Assembly (NCBI GenBank): GCA_965112155.1
Contig: OZ218108.1
DNA: 64,000 nt
Source: Podarcis liolepis
Taxonomy: Eukaryota
Reading direction: 5' to 3' (one strand)
In this document: piece by piece, positions 12,682-26,142 of the stretch
Layout of the letters: the number at the start of each line of letters is the position of its first letter
Numbering within the stretch: position 1 is the first letter of the stretch
Notes under the pieces: model-generated
Told to the model about the DNA's origin: nothing
What the model saw: only the letters and a program-made list of their open reading frames with translations
The model's database searches: none
Program-made: the position numbers and the translations under genes

Positions 12682-15600
12682 TAATATTAGTGTGAATAGC
12701 CTTTTACGGAGTATAAGAGGTCAAGAACAAGAGGTGTTCCAAGCATCATATAATCTAAATTTGAGCACAGAGGAAACATAGAAAGGGGAGGGATATAAAA
12801 ATAAAGGTAAACAGGAGAGGAACATGAACTAGAATCAATTATACGTGCTTAGGCTTAGTAGCAATCTAAGGTACAGTAGGCATGGAAATGCTTCATATAA
12901 ACAGTGAGTTTTGAGGAGAGATTAATTATCTTGTTTTACTAACTGTAGTAATAGCAATAATAACAGATTCTCCAATTACTTTTCATCCCATGAAATTAAT
13001 TTGCAAACTTACTGACACACAAGAATTTTATGTGAGCTATCTTTTTGGTAGAGCGTCAACGTGCAATGGCAACGCACACACAACACAGCTAAGAACTTGG
13101 CAGTGGTTATTCTTTTCTATTTATGCCCCTGTTATTTATATTTGAAAGATTCCCTGGTGGCCCACAGAGAGGGGAGGCAGTGGAGAGCCGATGAGTCATT
13201 TGCATTGTAAACTAATCTTTGCTCTCAAGACAAAATGTCAAGGGCCATCAGGGATGGGGCTGGCGCTTGACTCCCTTACTCCACTACCCCGGAGGCATTC
13301 CTCCTAGCAACTGCACTGTGCATTAAATGAGCACGGCCGATAATAAATATCAATAGAAATGATAGGAGTGGTCTTAGTAACCAGGTGATGGGCTCGGAGG
13401 CCGATAACTCAGCTCACAGGCAACTGCAGACGTTTCAGGGTGGGTGGCACATTGTTTGGGACTGGCAAGGCAAGTCTCGGCAGCTCAAGCCCTGACATTA
13501 AGCCGTATTCACAGCTGCAATTCCTGGATGATTTTGTTTCAGAGTCTGGCCTGCACATTGGCTCAGGTTTCATGGTGATTTTAAGAAGCTTCTACAGACA
13601 GCTGCTGCAAACCTTGAGTTTCAGGCATCCACTGATTCTCTCGCTCTCTGGCAGAACTCTTAAGCCTCTGTATAACTGGAAGAGCACCAGCCTCTTATTG
13701 CCAGAGTATGATTTGAGGCCTAATGTAAATCAATTGAATTTCACTTCTCGCTGACATTGTGGCTGATTATATTGTGTCTAATTTAAGGTCCCGTTCGCTC
13801 AGGTGAGCAAGTTCCTTGTTGCTTTCAAGGAAGTACCCTGCAATTCACAAGGCAGATCGATTTCCTTGCCTCAAAGAACTATTGTTTTCTGATGGAGCAT
13901 TTTGACACTGTCTGCTGACCAAAGACAATTCCATCTGAAAGCCGGTGAAAATGCCATTACAGATTCATGCCATTTCTTTAAAGGAGGTTAATTGGAAACA
14001 TTCCGGTGTGGCTTTAATTAAATGTAAGCAATCCTATTGATCAAGGGGGAAATGAGCGGTGGTGTGTACTTAATAGTAAAGCTTTCAAGCTGAATAAAAT
14101 GAACTTTTGTGTGTGTGTTTTTGCGGGTTTGTCCTCCACACTTACCCACCCCACACTCCTCAAGAATCTCTCATTACTACAGGTGAAATTCAGTGTAAAT
14201 GTATGTTGAATATGTCCTCTGCACAAGCACATCAGGCAGAAGGATTCCCCCTACCTTCTCTTCCTCTGTGTGCTGTTTTGGGGATTCTCCTTAAATGCAC
14301 CCAGAGGGAGGTGAAGTGGGAAAGCCCCATTGTAGAAGCCCTTGCACAGGGCCCTGCTGACATGGTTTGCTAAGTTTTCCTGCCTCTCCCATAATACTAG
14401 AATTCAGGACCATCCAATGCAGCCGAATGAGGACCTGGCTATTTATGGCTACCAGCTGTGTTGGCTCTGCTCTGCCTCCAGTGTAAGAGTCAACATGGCT
14501 CTGAATGCCAATTGCTGAGAGTCATGAATGAGGACAGTCTTGCTGGCTGGCTTTCCGTAGACACCTGGTTGGCTGCTGTGAGAGCAGACCTCTGGGCCTT
14601 TGGTCTGATCCAGCAGGGATCTTTTAGATGTCCTAATGTTCTTACGACTTTAAGAACACGACTACAGAAAGAGTGGTACTGTCCCAATTTTTTGCTTCAT
14701 GGATGTGGGTGGGCACCCTTTGCTTTCGTCACCTACCTGCTCCTTCTTAATTACTGCAAAAATGTAAATATTTGCAGTGCTATAAAGTGGGCAGGGAGTA
14801 GCAACTTTGCAGCTGGACAAGACCAGTTAAGAGTGAGAGAGTACAAAGGGGGGGGGGAGGAAAGAAATGCCAGTTCCCTTCCCAGATCCTTTCACAACAT
14901 CCTGTTGGTCCCCAGAAATCAGAGAGGGTGCTAGGAGATGAGCAGAGAAGACATTTTCTGAAAAGGAAATCCTTCACTTGTTCCCAAGATGTGCCGTGAT
15001 ACAAGTCATTATTTCAGTGATGGGGGAACATGTGACTCTCCAGGCCTTGTTCCAGATCTCATCACCCTTGACAACTGGTCACATTGGCAGGGGCTAATGG
15101 AGCCCATCAACACTGAGAGACCCATGGGTTCCCTTGTCCCTACATGCTTTATTTTTGCATCCTCTCTGGCAAACTATGATTAAGAAGAATTCAGAAGGAC
15201 CATGGTGGGATATCCAGCTGGCTGAAGTGCTTTCTCCCCCACCTTCCACCATCAACTCTCTTTACCCCTGGCACCCCCACCATCCATTTTTTGTCATGGA
15301 AACATTGGCTGCCTTGAAAGACAGTTGATTTGTTCTTTTATGCATAACCTTGTCAGCAGATAAAGAAAACATTTCTTTTCAAGAGCTCTCATAGGTGGTT
15401 AGCTGAGATATTTTCTGTTTTATTTATTGGAATGCTTAGCAACCTAGCTTCCCGCATTTACCATTGTACTCAACCCACTTCTTAGAAAAAACAGCAATGT
15501 TCTTCTGTTTCTTAAATTCTCATAATTACGATTCCCTCTGCATTGGGTGGACTTTTGACTTAGATTTGAACCTACTTAGTGAAGATTCATTTAAGCATAC

Positions 15601-16667
15601 TCTTTTCACCTTAATTAAGGGTGTTAGCTGGTTGTTTTTTTTAAATGTGCATTCCTGTTTTAAAAATAGCAAGTAGCAATCCAAAACCAGGCTTAAATGT
15701 ACAGAGAAGCTTCAAAACAGAATATTTTAAAACTAGTGATAGATTGTTAACCTACCGCATATCTATGCATTTGCGCTAAAACAGGGGGATTTGTATACAA
15801 TTCAGAATCACAAGGATCTGTTGTTTTTAAACTAACTTTCTAGTCTGCTTGAATATAGAAAAGAGCATATGGAAACATGAGGAAAGTCCTGACAAAGGCT
15901 CAGAATTGGTGGTAGCTGCTAAGGACTTGCAGAATTGTGGGGTGAGGCTTCTGTGCTCAACTTCAAATGAATCTTTACAGTGGTGGCATACAAATCTGAA
16001 TGATTTATGCTGAAAATTGCCTTGGCACATAGCATGAAATGAATGGTGAAGGGGCAGCATGCCAAAATACGGTTCGACGGCACACACCTGTCTGACTGTA
16101 AGGTATTACAGATCCAGTCATCAAATTACTCACCAAGGTCTCGCTATTCGCTTTCATCATAGTTTGAGGAGAAAAAGAATGAAGGCCCACAAAAATAAGA
16201 CATTTGCAAATAGGTAGTGAAAGCAGTTATGTCATTTCTCACAAGCTGCTTGTCATGTTGCTGTTTGTATAGCTGAAATCTACCTCCATTTCTATCAGGG
16301 TGAAATACTGTTCCTTCTGATATGAAAAGAAAGGAAGGAAAAAGGTTTTTCTCACGATACAGTAAGATATATAAAAATCTTAATGGCAAAGAATGGCAAA
16401 GAGAAGAAGGAAAAAAAATGGGGAAATGGATAGTTGGAGTTGCAGGACTAGGAGCAGTGAGTCCGGGCCATTAGGGAATGGGGTGTACGAAGGAGAAATA
16501 ACGACAAGACAAACAGCTTGGGGGGTCAAAGGACCACAACTTTAGTTAATTACCGATGTCAGTAGGTTTTGGCATAGGCATTGGGTGTGTAATCCTGAAT
16601 CACCCAACCCAGCTGCTGGATTATGTCAGTGTTTGTAAAAAAAAAAAAAAAGGTTCTGACCTCCCTT

Positions 16668-17192
16668 TGTCGCCTCAGCCTGGTCCTCGGACCCTTGTCG
16701 GCATAAAAGAGTCCACGAGAAAAGTATCCTTGCAGAGTACTTTCTGCTTTTATTCTTAAAAGTCTTTCTGCAAAAGCGACTGACCAACTGTACACACATC
16801 AACACTACCAGCTTTCACCAACCAACCCAACATCAAACTAACATTTCTCACTCTATATATCCAACTCGGTGCAGGCCGCTGACTCATGCTGACCCAGCTT
16901 TTTTAAGCATTAAAGAAATAGCGGCCAATTTTCAACCGTGACAGATTATTATTCTTTCAGGGTTAATCCTGGGTTTTAGGATCACCCTGTGACATGAATC
17001 AATTCTGGGTAATCCCTCCCAGATGCCATCCTGGGGAGTTCTGTGGCCTGTTAACCCCCGTCTGGCCATTCAGACAGAATATGTCTCCCTGCTTTAATTG
17101 GATACCCTGAAAATCTGACTGATGTACTGAGAGTGCTATTCCAAGCCATCCCCTCTGCCAGACTACGGGTCCAACTCAAGGCCTTTTTCTGC
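16668..17192 (-). mobile_element. Possible solo LTR / LTR-like element
   Basis: Imperfect subterminal inverted repeat ggacccttgtcggca / tgccagactacgggtcc. Minus-strand AATAAA ~16750 and TATA-like ~16855. No clear TSD. Confidence 0.35.
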
Positions 17193-17864
17193 CACCCAAG
17201 TCAGCCCCACCATGCCAGCTTGCTGCCAAACCACTCACATCTGCGACCAATGACACAGGCCTCAGTAAATGTCCAACAGCCAATCCTCATTGCCCGGTGG
17301 AGATAGGTGCATGCCACTTTCTCACGTGTGATGCCAAGGTGCCAAATCGCCCATCCTTCCAGCTGCAATGCCTTGTGCAACATTGCCCTGTTCATTTCCC
17401 GCCCCCGGGGCATGGTTAATGTGTGCAGGGTCCATGGCCCCTTGCCATAGCTGTTGTTCCAGAAGCTCCGAACACAAGATACTCATACGTGGATGTGCTG
17501 TATGCAAGGCCTCTAGGTCCATGGCAGTCACAAGGGTGAGGTTGAGATGAGGTTGAGATGCCCTCTCTGCCAACCAGATCATTCTCCCCAGTTGAACCAC
17601 CAGCGAATCTGTCAGCCCATGCAGTGCAAATCATGAAACAAGCCATGGCAGCAAGCTATCCCAGCACATGCTCCTCCTACCCATCCAGGTGATCTGAGCG
17701 CTGGCATACAGTCCAAGGTGTTGGCCCCAGGATGTTGTCATTGTGTACACCTGGGCCCAGGGCACGATGTTGTGGCCACAGAGCCACACTTTCCTGAGGC
17801 CTATACCTGTAAGAAACAACCAACAAGAAAAGGTAAGAGCAGCTGGTCTGATGTGCACCTAATG

Positions 17865-18000
17865 CAGGCATAGGCAAGCTCGGCCCTCCAGATGTCTTGG
17901 GACTACAACTCCCATGAGCCCTAGCTAACAGGACCAGTGGTCAGAGATGATAGGAATTGTAGTCTCAAAACACCTGGAGGGCTGAGTTTGCCTATGCTTG
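17865..18000. mobile_element. Palindromic hAT-type MITE (caggcataggcaa termini)
   Basis: Perfect 8-bp TSD acctaatg. Confidence 0.9.
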
Positions 18001-18167
18001 ACCTAATGCTTGTAGGCAGAGGAACGTCAGCAACCCAAGGATTTTATGTGAGCAGGAGGAAGGCCACAGGAAAAAGGCATGGTAGCTGCCCAATTTGGAA
18101 AGAATGGGTGAGATACTCACATAGAGATGCAACCTTTCTTTATGGGCATATTTCCTGTGGACAAATG

Positions 18168-18261
18168 CCAGCTCCCTCAGCCTGAAGCGAGATGAGTGCT
18201 GCACCCCATAGTTGCCTTTGCCTGGACTTAACCGTCCAGGGGTCCTTTACCTTTACCTTTT
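18168..18261 (+). mobile_element. Sauria SINE 3' fragment
   Basis: gcgagatgagtgc...cctttacctttaccttt. Confidence 0.8.
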
Positions 18262-19807
18262 ATCTGTTTCCTGATGGGTGTCCATCATCCGTAGAGTATT
18301 TTTGCTAGCTAAGTATATTACACAGGAGAATTTATACAAATTATAGGCTGATGTAATATCAACAGTAATTACTAAGATGACCCCCCCACCCCAGATTTTC
18401 TATTTCAGTGTTTCGCATGAGAAAGACAACCTGCTAAGCACAAAAGCTGGAACTCTGAACAGAAGCAGCCACAGCAGCAGTTCCTGTTAACAAAGTAATA
18501 ATAAAAAGAAAAGCTTATGGATTATTATTATTACTATTACTATTATTGTTGGCTTATTTATGAACCAGTAACATTTTGTTTCATTTTCTTTTCTTTTTCT
18601 AATTATTTTGCACATGGCCCCATCTTGTCAGAGCTGTTTCATGTTTGTTTGTAGAGATGGAAAGCAGAAGTCTGAAACAGATATGTGTTTCAGTTTCTGT
18701 GAACTGACCCTTTCAGTAAAAAAAAAAGTTCTGAAGGTGAGAAACTCCAGGGAAAATGTGCCAAAGGGGAACTGCCTTCAGAGTCAAAGAGCAATTATAC
18801 AATTTCAAGTCAGCTACAGTATGTAAAGTTGGTATGTGTGTGTAATGTTGATTTTATTTATATATCTTTCTGACTTTTAATGAAAAATTTAATGTGAACG
18901 TATTTTATATAAACCATGTAAAGGTTTTTACAATTAAACAGTGTGCGAATTCAGTCACTGCTGTTCTTGCAGAAGACCTCACAGAGTTTTTCTTCACAGA
19001 TTTTTTAAATGCAGAGAAACCAAAAGATTTGGAGATTGGTTTTATCTATAAAGAAAATGTAGGGAAGCACAGTTCTGACAGAACCTTTGTATGTGCATTT
19101 GAATTTTTTTGCATCGGTTGGGTGATGATAGTCAATAAATGTTATTCATTCATTAAGAGCAGCAAGGGTTGTTCTGTAAATAAGGAACAAGCCCTATTTC
19201 AGTCTTCAACCTGATGCCCCAGATGCTTCAAACTGCAGATCCCATCATCCCTGTTCATTAGCTGTGCTGGCTGAGACTGATTAGATTTGTGGTTCAAAAC
19301 AGCTGTAGGGAAACAGGTTGATGAAGACCGGTCTACTCTCAGGGCTTTTGGGAAATCCTTGCAACTGTCCTTACCATAACACCCTAGAAGCCACGTGATA
19401 AATTAAATTAGATGACGTCTATTTACTCCAGCTTTATCTCTAGTACTAATTTTACTGTAAAATATGCTAAAAATCTGTAGCTGTTACCATCTACTGAGAG
19501 AGCAATGATTCTTACTAGCATGAGTAGGTACACCAGTAAAAAGATCTAGCTAGGGTACCACCAATCTCTAAACACCCAACTCCTTCCAAAAGGTTATCTT
19601 ATCCCATTTATAATAATGGCTGATAAGGCAGAGGCATTATTAATGTGTGGGGGAGATAAGCTTAATTGGAATCCCCACCAGCCCACACAGGCTTAATTAG
19701 GCAAGAAGTTAGTTTTTTGAACACCCAAAAGGCTGCGTTTAGAAAAATAAAACAGTAAAATGTAGTTTCTAGCTTAAAGCTCTCTCCTCTTCTCCTATTC
19801 ATAGTGT

Positions 19808-20195
19808 TGGGAGTGGGTGGCCCTGTGGTCTAAACCACTGAGTCTCTTGGGCTTGCTGATTGGAAGATCAGCGGTTCGAATCCCCGCGACGGAGTGAGCT
19901 CCTGTTGCTCTGTCCCAGCTCCTGCCAACCTAGAAGTTTGAAAGCATGCCAGTGCAAGTACATAAATAGGTACCGCTGTGGTGGGAAGGTAAACAGCATT
20001 TCCATGCGCTCTGGTTTCCATCACAGTGTCCTGTTGCTCCAGAAGCAATTTAGTCATGCTGACCACATGACCCAGAAAAGCTGTCTGTAGACAAACGCTG
20101 GCTTCCTCAGCCTGAAAGCAAGATGAGCACCACAACGCCAGTCACCTTTGACTGGACTTAACCTTTCGGGGGTCCTTTACCTTTTATCTTTACCT
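19808..20195 (+). mobile_element. Sauria SINE
   Basis: Head with B-box ggttcgaatcc and acctt tail. Flanking direct repeat cctattcatag. Confidence 0.9.
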
Positions 20196-20669
20196 ATTCA
20201 TAGCAGGCTAAACTGTAGCATAGACCTAAGCTGGCTACATGAACAAATATTGCAAATCCTAAACAGTGCACCAAAGCCAACCAACATTAGGCTTTTGATT
20301 TAAACTATTTTATTAATAAGCCACTAGATAATAATTAGGAAAAATGGCAGGTAGCAAAAAACCAAAAAAGCCTTAAACAGGTTTCTGTCTAATGCTGGTC
20401 CAGGATACTCTTTGGAGAAGATTTAGTAACTTACGAGTAGAATATGATGTGCCATCAGCCTGGGACCTGGTTCAAATGGGAATGGCAGAGAACCCCCAGG
20501 TGAATGAAGACAAAGACCAAAACATGTTCAGAACTAGCAACTCTGATGTTCTGCCCCCAAAGTGGGGTACGACTGGCATAGGGGAAAGTCAAGACCCAAT
20601 CAAATTGATGTCTGCCTTTTTCACATTCAGCACATACAGAGGAATGGCATTACATGGCTGACTCCACAG

Positions 20670-20672
<3 letters not shown>

Positions 20673-20722
<50 letters not shown>
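20673..20722. repeat. (TA)n microsatellite
   Basis: Direct reading. Confidence 0.98.
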
Positions 20723-20724
<2 letters not shown>

Positions 20725-21999
20725 TTCTAGAAATGCCTTCCATCCTCCTTGCTGGACAGGAGGTAAAAACAAAGCTTTGTTCAGTTAAGCAAAGAACACC
20801 TCAGTGCTGTGGGGATCATGGATAAGAAGAGTATGTGGGAAGAAACGGGAATTATTTTTATCTCATCATGTATCATTTCCCAAAATACCCTTGCTTCCTT
20901 GCAAATCCACCACACATGTGGTGGAAGTTCAACTATTTTTTAGTGGAATTGCCCGAAAAGCATTCCTCAATGGGGTTTAACTCCAAGCTGCCTAAGACCT
21001 TCTCCTAAAAGTGACGGAGCCCTCTTTCAATAATGTTCATGCTGAATATTACTCACTGGAAACAACTGCAGAAAAAAATGTTGTTTTCAATATTTTTTAA
21101 AACTAGCTCACTGCCTGAACACTCAGCAATGATCACTGCTTTGTGTTTTGAGATTAGGTGCTTGAGAAGCACATCACAACATGTACTTGGTTGCTGTATT
21201 ATTCTATTCCACCTTTCTCGCAAACATAGCATACTTCATTCAGCCAAGCCTTTTCTTTAATTTCATTACTGCAAAGAGAGGGGAAACAACATTTCCCTGC
21301 AATTTAGCAATAATACATTGGGAAGAGTTGTCGGCAGTAAATAGACAGGATGCTGTGTTTCTTTACAAGTTGACGTAATCGTGCCTGAAATTGTGTTGAC
21401 ATGTCTTTTTTTAATGTCTGCCATCGAGAAAGCTTTCCTGCAAGTGGCAAAAGCAAGCAAACAAACAAACACACTGTCCAACAATCATTTCTCTGAATTA
21501 ACTGTTCCTTTTACACCGCACCAGGTAGCCAAAACATTTCCCAACATTTTAATTGTTTCCCCACCAGGGCATGGCTGCTAATTGGCAATCGTCGTGTTTT
21601 TCAGTCCTTGCTGTTATTGCTAAAGTGCCTTTTGTCTTGGAATCTTAATTGAGAGCTCTGCTGGTTTCTCTGCGTGCAAAATGGTGCCAACAATGCAAGG
21701 CTCTAAAGGGTTTGTGTGTTTCCAAGCAGAAGTTTTAAAGGCAAAGCCGGGTCTGGTAAGAGTTCAAAAGCGAGACTGAAAAGAAAAATCAAGTACAAGT
21801 GTGTAGAGGGCAAGTGAACATTGGAAGTTGCTTCAGAAAATGAATAGAGAAAACAGCAGGTAGCAAAAAACAAACAAACCAAAAAGCCGTCAACAAAAGT
21901 TTCTGTCTGATGTTGGACCAGGATACTCTTTGGAGAAAATTTAGTAACTTACAAGCAGAATATGATGTGCCATCAGCATGGTACCTGGTTCAAAGGGGA

Positions 22000-22385
22000 G
22001 TAAGGTAGAAGGTAAAGGACTTCTGGATGGTTAAGTCCAGTCAAAGGCAACTATGGGGTTGTGACGCTCATCTTGCTTTCAGGCCGAGGAAGCACGCGTT
22101 TGTCCACAGACAGCTTTCCAGGTCATGTGGCCAGCATGACTAAACCACTTCTGGCGCAACGGGACACCATGACAGAAACCAGAGCACACAAAAACGTTGT
22201 TTACCTTCCCACCACAGCGGTATCTATTTATCTATTGGCACTGGTGTGCTTTCGAACTGCTAGGTTGGCAGGAGCAGGGACCGAGCAACAGGAGCTCACC
22301 CCATCGCGGGGATTCGAACCGCTGACCTCCCGATTGGCAACCCCAAGAGGCTCAATGGTTTAGACCACAGCGCCACCTGCGTCCC
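22000..22385 (-). mobile_element. Sauria SINE inserted in a local duplication
   Basis: Full SINE. Its flanks rejoin to match 20347-20557. Confidence 0.9.
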
Positions 22386-23530
22386 TAAAGGTGAATAGCA
22401 GAGAACCCCAGGTGAATGAAGGCAAAGACCAAATCATGTTAAAAAACTAGCCATTGTTATGTTCTGTCCCAATCTCACCAACCCACAAGAAGATTTCATT
22501 GCATTCCTAACTGTGGAGATTACTCCTGGATCTGCAAAGCTGTCATATCCAAGACCACCCTGATTTCAGATAATAAATGTGGTGTCTGAACTGCAGAATT
22601 TTAAGAGTCTGAACATTTCATACCCTAACATTTCATACAGTCTGAACATTTCATACCCTCTCTCCCTATCCTGAATGTTTCTCTTCCACCATGCTGTACT
22701 TAGGCAGCTCAACTCTTACACATGCCTAACCAGGCTATGGAAGATAAGTGCCTTGTTAGGGAATAAAGGAAGGACGCACACACATAGACATAGAGGTCTG
22801 TCACATGACAGAGTGTAGGTGATTAGCAAGTACTGAAGAATCTCAAGGACAGACGCTCACAATAGTTATGTACAAATGCACGGTGCAGCCACTGACATCT
22901 GAAGCCAAATGAGTCATGCTGTTCAGAGCCCTGCTGGGAGATGCTAGAGCTGATGCAGCCCACCTGTGTAGAAAACAAGATATGGTGTGGGATCTGTAGC
23001 AGGGCTGAGGAGGAGAAAGCTAGGATGAGAGAAGGGGGATCTAGTCTACTTTTCCATAAGGGTGCAGTAGACATGCTGTTGCTTAGAGCGTGGAAAGGCA
23101 TTGGCTAATGGCCGAAAGCAGGTGATTCAATGCATCTGTTCAGATCCGATGCTGATGTCTGCAACATTCCAAATGGTTTGGGTTCTGCTCCAGGGTAGAA
23201 AAGTCACTGAATGAGGCACAAGAACCTCCACTGCAATGTGACCAGAACTCCAATGCTGCTATTAAAGGTGGTGCAATAAGGGGCAAGTCATTTAGCAACA
23301 GAGTTTTTAATTAAAATAATGTTTCTGGATGATGTTAAGAAATAGAAAGAACATTGCAATTTGAAAATGTCAGTCTGGTTTTCTTAAAAACAAAACAAAA
23401 CAAATTCTCTGTGCCTATGATTTAATTTTATTACATTATTATCTTAACCCTCACACTGGTGTACATGGTCCCCACATTTTATCCTCAAAACAATCCTAGG
23501 ATGTAAATTAGGTGGAAAGAGAGTGACCTA

Positions 23531-24476
23531 CATTGGTTCCCAGTATGTTTCTGAGCACAATTCAAAGTGTTGGTGCTGACCTTTAAAGCCCTAAATGCCC
23601 TCAGCCCAGTATACCTGAAGGAGCATCTCCACCCCCATCGTTCAGCCCAGACCAGGGGTCTGCAACCTTTAAGACAAAAAGAGCCACTTGGACCCATTTC
23701 CGAAGAAAAAAAAACTGGGAGCCGCAAAACTCGTCATTATAAAAATAACTTTTTTGTCACTTTTTTATTATTTCTTTGTTTGACCCCTCAGAATTACTCC
23801 TCCTCATAGAAATAAACGTTAAATTAACAAGTTACCTTTTTTGTGTGTGTGTTCTTCACTCCCCTTCAAAACAGTGACCAGTGTACATGCCCCCTTTCAA
23901 TGCAGTGACCAGCGTACATGCCCCTTACAATGTAGCGGGCTGGCGGGACGGTGACGTCGGGAGAGTGCGTGACTAACGCATGCACCACCCCCATGCGATG
24001 TCACAGCCAGTACAGCGCCCGCCACAGTGGGGAGTGTCGGGGCGCACAATGCGCCTCCTCCCCTCGCTAGTATCCGCCCTGGAGCCGCGGCAAAGGTGTA
24101 AAAGAGCCACATGCGGCTCCGGAGCCGCGGGTTGCAGACCCCTGGCCCAGACACTGGGGTCCAGCGCTGAGGGCCTTCTGGTGGTTCCCTCACTGCAAGA
24201 AGTGAGGTTACAGGGAACCAGGCAGAGGGCCTTCTCGGTAGTGGCGCCTGCCCTGTGGAATGCCTTCCCATAAGATGTCAAGGAAATAAACCACTATCTG
24301 ACTTTTAGAAGATATCTGAAAGCAGCCCTGTTTGGGGAAGTTTTTAATGTTTGATGTTTAATTGCATTTTTAATATTTTGTTGGGAACCACCCAGAGTGT
24401 CTGGGGAAACCCAGCCAGATGGGCAGGGTATGTATGTATGTATGTATGTATGTATGTATGTATGTATGTATGTATA
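23531..24476 (+). mobile_element. L2-clade LINE 3' fragment with (TATG)n tail, interrupted by a hAT element
   Basis: LVLTFKALNALSPVYLKEHLHPH...RAFSVVAPALWNAFP on the two sides of the insertion. Confidence 0.85.
23653..24144. mobile_element. Non-autonomous hAT transposon nested in L2
   Basis: Same TIRs as 11256-11588. Perfect 8-bp TSD gcccagac (23645-23652, 24145-24152). Confidence 0.92.
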
Positions 24477-25475
24477 TTATTCCTAGCTCAAGGTCATCTA
24501 ATGAGCTTCAAACCTTGGTCTGTCAGGTTTTGTCTGGATTTTAGCCATGCCATCTGTTGCCCATGTGGACTATTAGCTGCCCCATATTCATACTTTTAAA
24601 AATAAAATAAAAGTCTTGAGCCCCTAGAGAACAAGAGACAGAATGCAAAATTATATTTGGAAAACAGTGATAGTCAAGAGAGGCAAAACACGGCTAGAAT
24701 GACATACCCATTGTCTAAAGAAAATCTTTCCTGGTTCATTTTGAAACCACATTTGGGGGTCTTCCCTGGGGCTCAGATGATACATGCTCACGAAAATAAT
24801 AGAGAGAGCCAAGATTTTAGTGTAGTGTCCCTCATAGTTCCAATCCAGCGCCTGACTGCATACAGAGGCCTGACCTTCCATTAACAGGTGCAGATGTTTT
24901 AGAACTCAGCAATTATATTTTTGTTCTCAAAAATCAGAGTAAGATTTGAATTAGCAAACCATTTGCATAATATATAAATTAGGCTACCTTGATTTGAGCA
25001 ACTGGAATTTGACATGCTTAACTAAATCTGCCACTCTAACCACCACACTGCATTGGCTACAGCTAATGAGATTCTCAGAATTCATTAGTTCCTTTGTTTC
25101 AGAGAAAGAACATTGCTCTTAGGCTTCAAGACTTGAATATAAAAATAATTTCAAAGGATAAACATTAGCAAAATTGAAGCCCCTAGGATTGTTCCTAGTA
25201 GGAGAAAATGAAGTGCAGAACTTGTTGTTGGTTGTCTGTGAAAAGATGATGTACATAACTCAGGCAACATATATGAGAAAGAGGGAGCACTAATTTAACT
25301 GTCATGAGTCCTGGGATTTCTTAAAGATAAAATAATTATCATGGCATCAATCTTTGTGGACTAGGACTAGGACTAGAATGAAGTCACCTTGTGAAAAAGT
25401 GTTGTTCCACACAGCTCAAAATATATTGGCAGTGCCATCCTTTACCATACTTAACTACTAAATTCAATAGGCTTA

Positions 25476-25825
25476 AGGTAAAGAAAAGGGACCCCTGACC
25501 ATTAGGTCCAGTCGTGGCCAACTCTGGGGTTGCGGCGCTCATCTCGCTTTATTGGCCGAGGGAGCTGGCATACAGCTTCCGGGTCATGTGGCCACCATGA
25601 CTAAGCTGCTTCTGGCGAACCAGAGCAGCGCACGGAAACGCCGTTTACCTTCCCGCTGGAGTGGTACCTATTTATCTACTTGCACTTTCACGTGCTTTCG
25701 AACTGCTAGGTTGGCAGGAGCCGGGACCGAGCAATGGGAGCTCACCCTGTCATGGGGATTTGAACCGCCATTCTTCTGATCGGCAAGCCCTAGGCTCTGT
25801 GGTTTAACCCACAGCGCCACCCGCT
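25476..25825 (-). mobile_element. Sauria SINE (POM-like)
   Basis: Close match to 2069-2418 and 42059-42392. Confidence 0.9.
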
Positions 25826-25886
25826 TACTTCCAGGTAAATCAGCAGTGGGGAGCCTGTGGCTCTTCATGTGTTGTTGGATTCCAAC

Positions 25887-26018
25887 CAGTGCTATTTTAC
25901 TAGAAAAAGATGCCAGAACTCACCATAAACACCACCCTCATTCTCTTAGAATGATAATGGCACCCACCTGAGGTGCCAGAACTGAGTTCCTCCAGGTTCC
26001 AACTGGAAAAAAGGCCTG
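25887..26018. mobile_element. Small hAT-type MITE nested in an older palindromic MITE (~25841-26102)
   Basis: Termini cagtgctatttt/aaaaaaggcctg. Perfect 8-bp TSD attccaac. Confidence 0.75.
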
Positions 26019-26142
26019 ATTCCAACTCCCATCAGTCTCAGTCAGCAGGAGTCAGGGATGATGGGAGTTCCAGCATCTGGAGGGCCACAGTTTCCCCACC
26101 CTCATGGTAGCTAGCTGCAGTCTGAGTCTGTTTCTAGAAATA

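Noticed and set aside
14458-14934. 158-aa ORF
   Set aside because: Non-ATG start, random-looking composition and no homology I can recognise.
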